From the NCBI RefSeq assembly GCF_009914755.1, contig NC_060925.1: DNA of 64,000 bases; one strand, written 5' to 3'. Of this stretch, positions 1 through 12,949 are shown one piece after another (within the stretch, counting starts at the first letter, position 1; each line of letters starts with the position of its first letter). Position numbers and translations under genes: made by a program. This DNA comes from the human T2T-CHM13v2.0 reference genome, Homo sapiens. The notes under the pieces are model-generated. The model was not told the origin of the DNA. It did no database searches and was given only the letters and a program-made list of their open reading frames with translations.

Positions 1-1158
1 GGGTTAAATAAAAGTTGCAATTTTGAAATGTTATTAAATGATATATAAAATTTATGATGAATACTTTCAAATAATACAGTAGCAGCCAAAGAAATTGAAT
101 GAGGGTAAAAATTTACATTATTTTTCCTCTCTGAAAAGAGTTCCCACATACCCTTCAATACAAATTTAAAACAAACAGCAATTACAGTTTATTTTTCAAC
201 TCACAGTAGGGGCTGTTTAGATTTTGGGTCTTTTTGAGCTTGTTAAATTCCTTTGTTCTGCTTTGAGAATCAGCAGGATACAATTGTAAGTGTCCGATGT
301 AGGAACTTTGTCTTATTACCTAACCTTCAGTGGCTTAAAACTGTTTCCATATGAGTAAAAGAAGTAGTAGGTTTCATCCTAAATGGCATGTTATAATTTT
401 GCCATGTGTTTATGTGGTGCTATGAAGCCACTGGGGTTCATGTCTATATAACCCTGGCAGTTATAGTTTTAAATGCCATAGAATAAACTCTAAGAGAAAT
501 TTCTCAATCTTTCTGATTTGCTTTTAACAGTTGAGTTAATTCTATGAGTATTTAGCCAGCCGGTACAAACTGTTGTAAAGGATGTTTACCAGACTGATCA
601 ATCACATCTACTTGGTCACAGTTTATTAACATCTAAACAGACTCAGTGTGGGAGAGGGTGAGAGGGAAGAATTCATCCTCCTTCATTGTGCCTATAGGAA
701 AGATTTAAAGTTGTTTATTTTATTTCAAACAACGTATTGACAGTAAGACTGTTCATTATTGCTCAATGCAATTAGACTAGGAGTAGTCTAATTCATTGAA
801 AATAATATTATGACTACATTTTAATATTATTATTCATTAAGAGCCCAAAATTAAGAAACAAAGAAGGAAAAAAAATGTCTATAATCCCACCACCAAGAAC
901 AATGGATATCATTTCAGAGTGTACATTTCCAAATGTTGTTTTATATATGTGTTTAGAAGACTTTTACTATGTATGGGTACAAATTTTTTCAAAATACCAG
1001 CATTCCATATGTGCTATTTGTGATGCATTTTATTCACTGAAATCCATTTTATACCACATTTCCTCATGTCATTGAGTATGCTTTTAAAGAAATAATTTTA
1101 ATAGATTCTAGCATTTTAATTGTTCAGATACACTAAAATAGTAAAAAAAATATTTTTT

Positions 1159-1458
<300 letters not shown>

Positions 1459-1700
1459 GTTTTTTGCTATTATATACAGTGCTACTATAAATATCCCCAT
1501 AACCAAACATTTGTGTACATTCTTATTTCTATTAGATAAATTCCCAGTAGTTGAAGTAATACCTTTATCATATACTAACTCACATATGTATCTATGTATC
1601 TTGTTCTGAATTTTCTAATCTGTTACACTGATCTGTCTACCCATTCCTGTGTAGTTCCTCACTCTTTTAATTATTATTGATGATATACTATTTCAAAAGA
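1459..1700 (-). mobile_element. Old L1 (L1M/L1ME-type) 3' fragment
   Basis: ttttgctatta...gtgctactataaatatcc...gataaattcccagtag resembles antisense L1 3' sequence. Confidence 0.55.
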
Positions 1701-2659
1701 TTTTTCTTTAATATATAGATTCCCCAGCCTTCTCCAATAAATTAATCAATGTCATAAATCCCATAGAATCGAGGATATTGATCTCTAAAGTCTAACCTAT
1801 TTTGTTGTATTTTAATCATCCAATGCCTTCCCTGTCCAAAAGTGGGTAATGGCTAATCACCAACCTCTACCTACAGTTTTCTCTCATAAATTTTTTGAAG
1901 GTTTTTTTTTTTTTTCACTAAGAACAATTTTCCCCCAAGGGCATTATGATCAAATTCCAAACTAATTTATCACTAATTGTGCTTACACAGATATGATTTA
2001 CTATTTTCCACTATTCATTTTGCTGTTTCTCATTTTCATTGTTCATCCTACTATTTCTCTCTTCATTGAGGGTTGTTATTTTCTTCATTAGCAGGGCTTT
2101 TCACCTTTCTTAAACTCCTATGTGGCACAGAGACATTTACAACACTAGTTCGTTTCCCAACACACACCATTTCTCCATTTCTTTCTGCATTTACGTTGGT
2201 TCTGGTGTTTGGAGATGAATATGGATCTTCCAGTCCACTGATTTTTTCATGTGGATTTCACAAATGAAAGAAAGGAGACACTTAGCCACTCTGACTTATC
2301 ATTATGAAAGTTATTTTATTTACATACAAGATCAAAGGACAGCAAGTGAACAAAACACTTATTTCTTAGAAAGTACAGAACATGAAATCTTTATAGAACA
2401 GCTGAAGAATAAGGAAAATCTTAAAAAAAAAAAGAATACGACAGTGTTCATGGTAACTTTATGATCATAAATAGCATTCATTAAAGAAATGTTAGAGTAT
2501 GGCTTTGCTTACCAGGCAACTATCTTAAACTTATAGAAAAAGAGAAGAGACCGTCTTAGAAAATGACATTTTAGAAGAAAGCAAGTTAATAGAAAGAGAC
2601 AGCAACATGAATACAAACAAGAGGGAGACAGAAACAGATAGGCGCCCACATAGCTCTGT

Positions 2660-3245
2660 GTCTGTTTGTGGTGTGTGTGTGTTATGCATGTGGTGTATGT
2701 GTGCTGTGTGTGTGGTGTGTGGTGTACATATAGTGTGTGTGTGTGTGTATGTGTGGTCTATATGTGGTGTGTGGTATATAGGTTGTGTGTGTGTGTATGT
2801 GGTGTGTGATGTATGTATTTGTGGTGTGATGTGTGCAGTGTATGCGTGTGTTGTATATTTGTGTGGTGAATGTGTGGTATATGTACTGTGTGTGTGTTTT
2901 GTGTGTGGATGGTATGTGTGGTGTGTGGAGTGTATGTGAGGTATGTGCATGTAGGTATGTGGTATATGTGTCTGTGGTGTGTGTGGTGTATTTGTGTGGT
3001 GTATGTATTTGTGTTATATGTGTTCGTGTGTGTATAGTGTGGTGTGTGTGTGGTGTACATGTAGTGTGTGTGTGGTATGTAGTGTGTGTATTGGTGGTGT
3101 GTGTGTGTGGTGTATGTGTGTGGTGTATATGTGTGGTATAGATGTGTGGTACATGTGTGGTGTATGTGTGATATGTATGTTTTGTGTGTGTGCTGTGTGT
3201 GCTGTATGTGTGGTATGGTGTGGCGTGTGTGTGTCTGTGTGTGGT
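2660..3245. repeat. Degenerate (GT)-rich simple repeat, ~585 bp
   Basis: Almost all gtgtgt/gtggtgt/gtatgt units; source of the Cys/Val- and His/Thr-rich spurious ORFs. Confidence 0.95.
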
Positions 3246-3306
3246 GGAGAGATGAATGTTGGAGAATGCCTCTATGGAGAAGTCATATCTTTAATGAAGT
3301 CCCAAA

Positions 3307-3350
3307 GAATTCATTTCAAAGAAGTCACAAGGAATTCATTTCAAAGAAGT
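3307..3350. repeat. Short tandem duplication, period 25
   Basis: gaattcatttcaaagaagt at 3307-3325 and 3332-3350. Confidence 0.9.
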
Positions 3351-3524
3351 TCAAGAAATTTGTGCTGGGAAGAGGATGGAGAAAGATAATGTTAAGTAGA
3401 TTAACTAACACATACCAAGACCCATAAGAGAGAAAATGGTTTCTAACTGCAAATAATACAGTTTATACAGAGTACATTGTATGTATCACATAAAATTGTA
3501 GAGAGATAAAAGTGTAAAATGAAG

Positions 3525-3965
3525 AGATTTTTCCTTTGACTCAGAAATCCTACTTCTTGGAATCTCTCTCAATAATACACTGGCAATGACTAATGTACAC
3601 AGCATTATTTGTAATAGCACAAAACTGAAAATAACTGAAGTGTCATTCAAAAAAGATTGTTTGAATAAAAAATGGCAAATACATAAGAACTATGCAATTA
3701 GTGCTGTCCAAAATCAATTTTTAAACAAATATAATAATGTACAGAGAAATATTTATAGTAAGCTTTCTTTTACACAAGAAAGCGGGGTATGAATACACAC
3801 ACACACAGTAATGTCATGTAAACCTAATGCTAATAGCATGTTCAGTTATGGGGGTGGGTAAGGAATGGAACAGAGGGGAGCACGTTTGGAAATGACATTT
3901 ATGGGTTTGTACCTTGTTATATTGCTTTAAATTTGCAATCATGTAAAAGCTTTATATAATAAAAA
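3525..3965 (+). mobile_element. Old L1 (L1ME-type) ORF2-end/3'UTR fragment
   Basis: cctttgactcagaaatcctacttcttggaatct...agcattatttgtaatagc...aaaactgaaaataac resembles the L1 ORF2 C-terminal region. Confidence 0.65.
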
Positions 3966-4582
3966 ACCAAACACATAGAAAAGAAAGGAATCTTTTATTT
4001 CTGAATCAGGTCATGACTGGATTTAGTATTTACCCTCACAAAGTAAACTTTTATAAAAATGGACAAAAAGGTGTGAAGCAACTGTTTGCAGCACTGAACA
4101 ATAGACAGGGTGTGGCTGTAATCCTCCCAGGGAAGGGAAAAGCATGAGGTGAGGTTCACATTCACTCCAGCTTTTTGCCTGGGGCAGTTCCCATAACACA
4201 CAACTGAGAAGTAGAGCCTAGGTAGAGATCAATAGGTGTCACTGAATAGAGAAAAAATACAGATTGAAGCTCAGGGATTTTGAAGTTGCTAGAATTTTTG
4301 GGACGGGATAAAAAAGAGCGAACTATGCAGAGGCAAAGCTCCAAAAATCTGTACAAAGGATCCCTTGAATCTTTGGCTGAATACTAAGTCTATGTATAAA
4401 AATGAAATTTCAAAGAATTGGTCAGACAATAGCTACAGGAGAACGGTGAGCTAAACAGGACACAAGAGGACATACTTCCTGTGAGTCGGAGTGAAGAAAT
4501 GATACTTAACTTATGAAACATTTATTTGCAACCACAGAAAGGTTGTGCCTCAGGAGTTGGGTTATGCAAGCTTAGCTTAAGG

Positions 4583-4792
4583 CTGTCCTCTCCAATATGG
4601 TTAGCTTCTAGATACAATTGGCTATTTTAATTTAAATGAATGAAAATGAAATAAAATTTAAAACACAGTTATTTGGTCACAGTAGCTATATTTTAAATAA
4701 TCCATAGTCATGTGGATAGTAGCTATGATATTAAAAAAAGTGCAGATAAAAAACATTTCCATTATCATAGAAATTTCTTTTAGATAGCACTG
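4583..4792 (-). mobile_element. MER3 (hAT-Charlie DNA transposon fossil)
   Basis: tccaatatggttagc...ggctattttaatttaaat...acatttccattatcatagaaa...gatagcactg matches the MER3 reverse complement. Confidence 0.8.
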
Positions 4793-5291
4793 ATTCAGGT
4801 AAGGGCTCTTCTAGACCTGCTTTGGAAAGGGTAAAACCAAGCCTTGACGTGAATCAGCTGACCTATTAGTAATGAACCACCTTCCAGAAGAAAACAAAAC
4901 ATCCTTTAAAGGAAGAAAAGGAAATCCAGACTCTCAAAAATGTAGCATCTATAATGTACAGCATCTAATAAAAAATATTAGGCATGAGAAAAACAAGAAA
5001 ATGACATTCATAATCAGAAGACAGTCAATTGAATAGACCCAATAGGTCAATCAAATAATAGAGATTTTTGAAATTGTTATGAAAGACTTCAAAATAGCTA
5101 TTGCAAACATATTAAAGTATTTAAAGGAAAATATGGATATGATGAGTAATTCTACAGAGAATCCCATCAGAGAGATGAAAATTACAAAAAAAATCAAATG
5201 GAAATTCTAGAAATAAAAATTCACTGGATAGGATTAATGGGAGATCTGACACTGCAGAATAAAAAAATACATTAACTCGAAGACATGACAT

Positions 5292-6321
<1,030 letters not shown>

Positions 6322-6360
6322 ACATTAGAAATTCATTAGAAATTCATTTGTGCTGAATCT

Positions 6361-6405
6361 CTATCTCTCTCTCACACACACCCAGAGAGAGAGAGAGAGA
6401 GAGAG
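6361..6405. repeat. Compound microsatellite (CT)n(CA)n(GA)n
   Basis: Seen directly in the sequence. Confidence 0.9.
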
Positions 6406-7490
6406 CAACTCAATAACTAGTGACAAAATAACAAACAGTATAAAAAACATGTTTTTGGAGTCCCCAGAAGAGAAAAGAGGGAAAAAATTGTAGCAGAAAA
6501 AATTATTTGAAAAAATATCTGATAAATTTCTAATTTTGATGAAAACTCTAAACTCACACACCTAAAGAGCCCAATTAACCTCAATCAGGATGAATACAAA
6601 TAATTATACACCTAGGTACATTATAGTCAAATTTATAAAAACCAAAGATAGGGAGAAAATCTTAAAATTATCTAGAGGAAAAAAGGCATATATACTAAAA
6701 CAACATTAAGAATGATCGCTATCTATTAAGAAATAATGTAATACAGAAATTAAATTACCCCTTTAAAAAGAATCCCCCATCCCCAAACTGTCTATCTGAA
6801 GTTCTATATCAAGAAAAATTGTCCTTCAGTTTAATATAATTGTGGTCTACATGTATGACTATCTTTCTAAAGGGGAATTTAGTGCCTTCTGTGTCAGTCT
6901 TTTATATTACATTTTGCCTTTTAATGTTGTCATACTGGTTCATATCTTAATACAATGTAAATAGTTCTAATCTATCCTCTAGTATCTTCCCTTAAGATGT
7001 GTGAATATAACAAAATATGCACCCTTTTGTCTTTTTTTGTTCAAGGAAAGAAACAATGCCTTCAATAGTTCCTCACATGACTTAATTTTAGAGCCTTCAG
7101 AATTCTGGTTACTCTGTTTGAAATGTATTTTTGTTTAGTTTATATCTTTCTTAAAATGAATGTAATTCCAGAAATAGATGTCATTCTCCAAGTATCATCT
7201 AAACAGAGGAAAGTATGAGAAGAACCTTCCTTATAAATTATGAAAGATTATGCAGTTACTGTAGAATTATTTTGTGTAATTTGAAAAAAAAAAGCTTATC
7301 TATCTATCTAGAAAGGAAAATAAAATCTTAGGGCCCCAGACTCCCTATGTCAAAGGGAAAAGTCAAGCTTGGGAACTGAGTCATGCAAAGCTGCCTCCCA
7401 TTTTTTCCTAAATAGATAGCTACAAAGATAAAAGGCTACATACGTCTCTCACAGTTTGCTCACAAGTAAATTCCTTGTGGGCCCCAAGAT

Positions 7491-7649
7491 ATATAAATAA
7501 GAGACAGAGGTCTTACTCTGTCACCCAGGCTAGAGTACAGTGGTACAATCATAGCTCACTGCAGTCTCTAACTCCTGGGCTCCAGCAACAACCCTACCTC
7601 CTCAGCCTCCTGAGTAGCTAGGACTACAGGCACTTGCCAATATGCCTGG

Positions 7650-7686
<37 letters not shown>

Positions 7687-7766
7687 CATATACATATGTA
7701 TATATATGTGTATATATATGTGTGTATATATATACACATATATATACATATGTGTGTATACATATA

Positions 7767-7847
<81 letters not shown>

Positions 7848-7965
7848 GGAGATGGAGTCTCACTGTGTTCCCCAGGCTGATCTCAAACTCTTGGCCTCAA
7901 GCGATCTTCTGACCTCAGCCTCCCAAAGCACTGGGATTGCAAGCATGAGCCACTGTGCCCAGCCT
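7491..7965 (-). mobile_element. AluJ whose middle A-rich linker has become a ~195-bp microsatellite
   Basis: Right arm ~7500-7650, left arm ~7847-7965; TSD ccccaagat at 7482-7490 and 7968-7976. Confidence 0.92.
7650..7846. repeat. Compound (CT)n/(TA,TG,CA)n microsatellite including perfect (TA)28
   Basis: Uninterrupted TA run at 7787-7842. Confidence 0.95.
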
Positions 7966-9091
7966 GACCCCAAGATCTTTACCTTGTAACAGTTGTGTTG
8001 AATTTCATCCTGACAAAGTAAATTAATAGCTTATGTTCACAGGTATGGAACAAAGGACAAAACTAGAAGTCATCCATCTGCTCACCTGAGACAAATGCAT
8101 ATTTGACTGTTTCCTCTCCTCTATGTTTACTTTGTCTTATGTAAAAATGCAGATTCACTGAGCACAAGATGAATGCATAATTGGCTATTTCTTTATCTCT
8201 CCGTTCACATGTAAAATGTGAATTCAGAGAAAGCTGATCAAAGACTCAAAAGAATGCAACTGCTTGCCACCTTTATCTACCCTTGCCCCCATTTTTTCTT
8301 TCTCTTTTCCCTACTGCCTGCTCTTTCCTCTTTAAATACAGAAGTCCCTGAACCCTTTTTGGAAAAAGCATGAATCACAGATATTGCCTGTGATTTTGTG
8401 TTCCTTTTTCCTCAGCATGTCCTCAACTTAGCAAAATAAACCTCTAAAATTATTGAGACTCACCTCTGTCAATTTCTTTAATTTAATATGTATAAAACAA
8501 TGTTATACCACTGTTTATTTATATGAACTCATAGTCAACTAAAACCTCTTAGTCTTTTTAAATGTAGTTTGCTAAGACACCTTTGCTCTATTTTATTCTT
8601 TCTTTTATTAATTTTAGGTGTCCTAAATCTTAAAACCTAAAGCCAACTCTTAAACAATTTAATCTGGTAAAATTTAGCTTCATTTTTTTAATCTGCATTT
8701 TTTTTTCTGAGAACTTGTGTTTGCCAGTGAATTTAAACTTTCACATCAGAAGACCCAGGTTAAAAATGACGTTTGTTTTTATAGTGTATGCATTCTACTT
8801 TTCTACAGAATTGATTTTTTTTTCTTTTTGAAAAATATTATATCAGTGAAGAATTTCAGTTTTAGGATATACAGACCAGATGCTGGACCAGAGTATGACA
8901 CTGAGAATCATTTTAGAGGACTCAACCAACTGAATTCATGTAGGAAAAAAAATTACTTTAAACATAACCAGCACTATCAAAGCTGATAAATTTAAAGGCT
9001 TCAGAAATGATATCTGCTAGAAATCTAGGGCTTCACTTGAACACATACCAGTGCATTTGAATGAAAACAAAGTAAAGAACCAAAACATTTT

Positions 9092-11393
9092 TGTATTAGT
9101 CCATTCTCATGCTGCTGATAAAGACATAGACTGGGAAGAAAAAGAGGCTTAATGGACTTCCAGTTCCACATGGCTGGGGAGGCCTCACAATCATGGCAGA
9201 AGGCAAGGAGGAGCAAGTCATGTCTTACATGGATGGCAAGAGGCAAAGAGAGAGAGAGCTTATGCAGGGAAACTCCCATTTTTAAAACCATCAGATCTCA
9301 TGTGACTTATTCACTGTCATGAGAACAGCATGGGAAAGACTCACTCCCATGATTCAGTTACCTCCCACCAGGTTTCTCCCACAACATGTGGGAACTGTGG
9401 GAGTTACAATTCAAGAGATTTAGGTGGGGACACAGCCAAGCCATATCATTCTGTCCCTGGGGCCAAGCCATATCATTCTGTCCCCGGCCCCTCCCAAACC
9501 TTATGTTCTTTTTACATTTCAAACCAATCATGCCTTCCCAACAGTCCCCCGAAGTCTTAACTCATTTCAGCATTAACTCAGAAGTCCACAGTTCAAAGTC
9601 TAATCTGAGACAAGGCAAGTCCCTTCCACCTATGATCCTGTAAAATCAAAAGCAAGTGAGTTACTTTCCAGATACAATGGGGGTACAGGCATTGGGTAAA
9701 TACAGCTATTTCAATGGGAGAAATTGGCCAAAACAAAGGCTACAGGCCCCATGCAAGTCCAGAATCCAGCAGGGCAGTCAAATCTTAAAGCTCCAAAATG
9801 ATCTTGATGCTGAAGCAAGAGGTGGGTTCCCATGGTCATTGGCAGCTCCAACCCTGTGGCTTTGCAGAGTACAGCCTCCCTCCTGGCTGCTTTCATGGGC
9901 TGGTTTTAAGTGTCTGAGGCTTTTCCAAGTGCATAGTGCAAGCTGTAGGTTGATCTAACATTCTGGGGTCTGGAGGATGGTGGCCTTCTTCTCACAGTTC
10001 TACTAGGTGGTACCCCCAGTAGGGACTCTGTGTGGGGGTTCCTACCTCACATTTCCCTTCTGCACTGCCCTACAGAGGTTCTTCATGAGAGCCCCATCCT
10101 TGCAGCAGACTTCTGCCTGGACATCCAGGTGTTTCCATACATCCTCTGAAATCTAGGTGGAGGTTCCCAAACCTCAATTCTTGACTTCTGTGCACCTGCA
10201 GGCTCAACACGATATGGAAGCTGCCAAGGCTTTGGGCTTGCACCCTCTGAAGCCACAGCACAAGCTGTACCTTGGCCCCTTTTAGTCATGGCCGGAGTGG
10301 CTGGGACACAGGACACCAAGTTCCTAGACTGCACACAGCCCAGGGACCCTTGGGCCAATCTAGGAAACCACTTTTTCCTCCTAGGCTTACAGGCCTGTTA
10401 TAGGAGGGACTGCCATGAAGACCTCTGACATGCTCTGGAGACATTTTCCCCATTTTCTTGGAGATTAACATTCAGCTCCTTGTTACTTATGCACATTTCT
10501 GTAGCCAGCTTTAATTTCTCCTTAGAAAATGGGATTTTCTTTTCTATTGCATTGTCAGGCTGCAAATTTTCCAACTTTTATGCTCTGCTTCCCTTTTAAA
10601 TCTAAATGCTTTTAGCAGCACCCAAGTCACCTCTTGAATGCTTTGTTGCTTAGAAATTTTTTCCACTAGATACCCTTAATCATTTCTCTCAAGTTAAAAG
10701 TTCTGCAAATCTCTAGGGCAGGGGCAAAATGCCACCAGTCTCTTTGCTAGAACATAACAAGAATCACCTTTGCCCCATTTCCCAATGAGTTCCTCATTTC
10801 CATCTGAGACCACCTCAGCCTGGACCTTATTGTTCATATCACTATCAGCATTTTTGTCAAAGCCATTTAAGAAGTCTCTAAGAAGTTCCAAACTTTCCCA
10901 CATGTTCCTGTCTTCTTCTGAGCTCTGCAAACTGTCCCAAACTCTGCCTGTTACTCAGCTGCAAAGTAGCTTTCATATTTTTGGGTATCTTTTCTGCAGT
11001 GCCCCACTCTACTGGTACCAATTTACTGTATTAGTCCATTTTCATGCTGCTGATAAAGACATAACTGAGACTGGGAAGCAAAAGAGGTTTAATGGACTCC
11101 CAGTTCCACATGGCTGGGGAGGACTCACAATCAAGGCAGAAAAGAAAAAGAAGCAAGTCACATCTTAGATGAATGGTGGCAGGCAGAGAGAGAGAGAGAA
11201 CTTGTGCAGGAAAACTTCCATTTTTAAAATCATCAGACCTCGTGAGACTTATTCACTATCAGGAGAACAGCATGGGAAAGACCTGCCCCCATGATTCAAT
11301 TACTGCCCGCCAGGTTCCTCCCATGACACATGGGAATTGTGAGAGTAACAATTCAAGATGAGAATTGGGTGGGGACACAGCCAAACCATATCA
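9092..11393 (-). mobile_element. Full-length MaLR element, THE1B-like (3'LTR 9092-9448, internal 9449-11026, 5'LTR 11027-11393)
   Basis: Two LTRs reading tgtattagtcc...ccatatca, 5-bp TSD ATTTT; internal ORF remnant MWESLELLRDFLNGFDKNADSDM...GDSCYVLAKRLVAFCPCPRDL typical of THE1-int. Confidence 0.95.
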
Positions 11394-12096
11394 ATTTTTT
11401 TCCTAGGTAGACCTCCCCTTGTTCTTTTACTCTGAGACTGTTAACTTGTTGCCTTATCTGTTGTGAACTCCTGTTGAAAACATTCTCATTTGACAAAGGC
11501 ATTTTTGTATTCAATGTACACATTTTTTTCTACAAAAAGATCGATATATATATGTTTTTTTTTCTTGAGGTGAGAAATGAAAAACCACAAAAGCTTTACT
11601 GGTTACTGCCTTGCTGTGGTAGCCTTTATGAGAGCAGGCTTTTCAGTAACTCATTGTCAGGTTATCTCACACTTGTCAGCTGAACAGCTGCACACTTCCT
11701 TCTCCAAGGCCACAGTCATTACTGAGCATGGCATGGGGTCCTCATTCCATCACTTAAGTGTGGCTGTGGAAAGAAACTGCTGCCTGGACTTCCGGGCAGC
11801 TATACAATCCTTAGAAGTGGTGAAAGAAGCATCAGAAGTGGTTCCCTGAAGGTACTCTTCTCTGAAAGCAGTGCCAGGCAGCTAGTAGGGTGCCTGAATG
11901 AATGGAACAGGAAAAGAATACACCTTGAAAGGATAAAAATCCCATATCACAGGCAGAGTTCAGACAGCATGGATTGGAAGTAGTGTGTATAATATACAAT
12001 CACTTACGTTCTGCAGATGGTCAATTAACACAAGGATAGGATTTTAAAATATCTTTCTTTTAAGATATATTTTCATATGGTGAAATGCACAGATCT

Positions 12097-12190
12097 ATTT
12101 TTTACTATGGTTAAAAATGCATAATGTACAAATTGCCATTTAAACCTTTTCTAAGTACACAGTTCTGTTGCATTAAGTACTTTCCAATTG
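12097..12190 (-). mobile_element. Very short 5'-truncated L1 (L1MB-type 3' end) inside an older L1 fragment (~12050-12330)
   Basis: 15-bp TSD gaaatgcacagatct at 12082-12096 and 12191-12205 around an antisense L1 tail. Confidence 0.7.
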
Positions 12191-12534
12191 GAAATGCACA
12201 GATCTTCAGTGTACAATTCGATGAGTTTTGGCAAATACATATACCTGTGACACTAATATATCTTTCAAGATATTGAACATTTTTGTTACTCTGAAAAGTA
12301 CTTTTATTGTCCCTATGTCCCTCAAGCATAAAATTTAAATAATAACTTACTTTTCTCCATTATATGATCTTTTTCATTAAATAGCATGTAAAAAGATTTG
12401 TAAGTATAGAAAAATAACACAAAAAGAATCATCCACAAGGCAAATCATAACCCATACTGATACATCAAATCCTTAAGTAAGCCAATGACACAGCAAGAAA
12501 TAAAATACAGAAGTAAAGAAGTTTAAGAAAAAAA

Positions 12535-12838
12535 TTATTTTATTTTTAGAGACAGTATCTTGCTCTGTTGGTCAGGCTGGAGTGCATTGGTACAATCACA
12601 GCTCATTGTAGCCTTGAACTACTCGGCTCAAGCGATCCTTCCACCTCATCCTCCCAAATAGCTGAGACTACAGGCATGCACAACTATACCCAGCTAATTT
12701 TTACCTTTTTTTTTTTTTATGTAGAGATGGAGTCTTGCTGTGTTCTCCAGCCTGGTCTCAAACTTCTGGCCTTGAGCTTCCTCCTGCCTCAGCCTCCCAA
12801 AGTACTAGAATTACAGGTGTCAGCCACTGTGCCTCACC
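12535..12838 (-). mobile_element. AluJ
   Basis: Antisense Alu with J-type text (cacagctcattgtagccttgaac, tcttgctgtgtt). Confidence 0.93.
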
Positions 12839-12949
12839 TAGAAGGTGTTTATAACTATAGTGCAACTATAAATTTTGTTTTAGGATAATAGAATAATTCT
12901 TGAGGTCACTGTCTCACTCATCTCTCCCAAGAAAGTTTAAAATAGTGTA

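Larger units (their letters stand above)
7307..8487 (+). mobile_element. ERV1 solo LTR, MER4 group, interrupted by AluJ
   Basis: gaaaggaaaataaaatctt...gggaactgagtcatg...aaatgcagattcactgag...gcaaaataaacctctaaa. Confidence 0.8.
6960..8700 (-). mobile_element. L3/CR1 relic split by the MER4-group LTR (pieces ~6960-7290 and ~8490-8700)
   Basis: tctttcttaaaatg...ccagaaatag...tctccaag and tagtcaactaaaacctcttagtctttt resemble antisense L3. Confidence 0.5.

Noticed and set aside
3307-3350. Short direct repeats (also 41930 and 46428) as a CRISPR-like array
   Set aside because: Only two copies each, no spacer series, and a primate context; these are slippage duplications.
2531-3427. Cys/Val-rich and His/Thr-rich ORFs of 100-139 aa
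   Set aside because: Translations of the (GT)n/(AC)n repeat in overlapping frames.
7634-7989. YIYIYI ORFs
   Set aside because: Translation of a (TA)n microsatellite inside an Alu.
9656-11168. Cluster of overlapping ORFs (also 26260-27804)
   Set aside because: Broken MaLR internal ORF and its antisense frames, with many stops and frameshifts.
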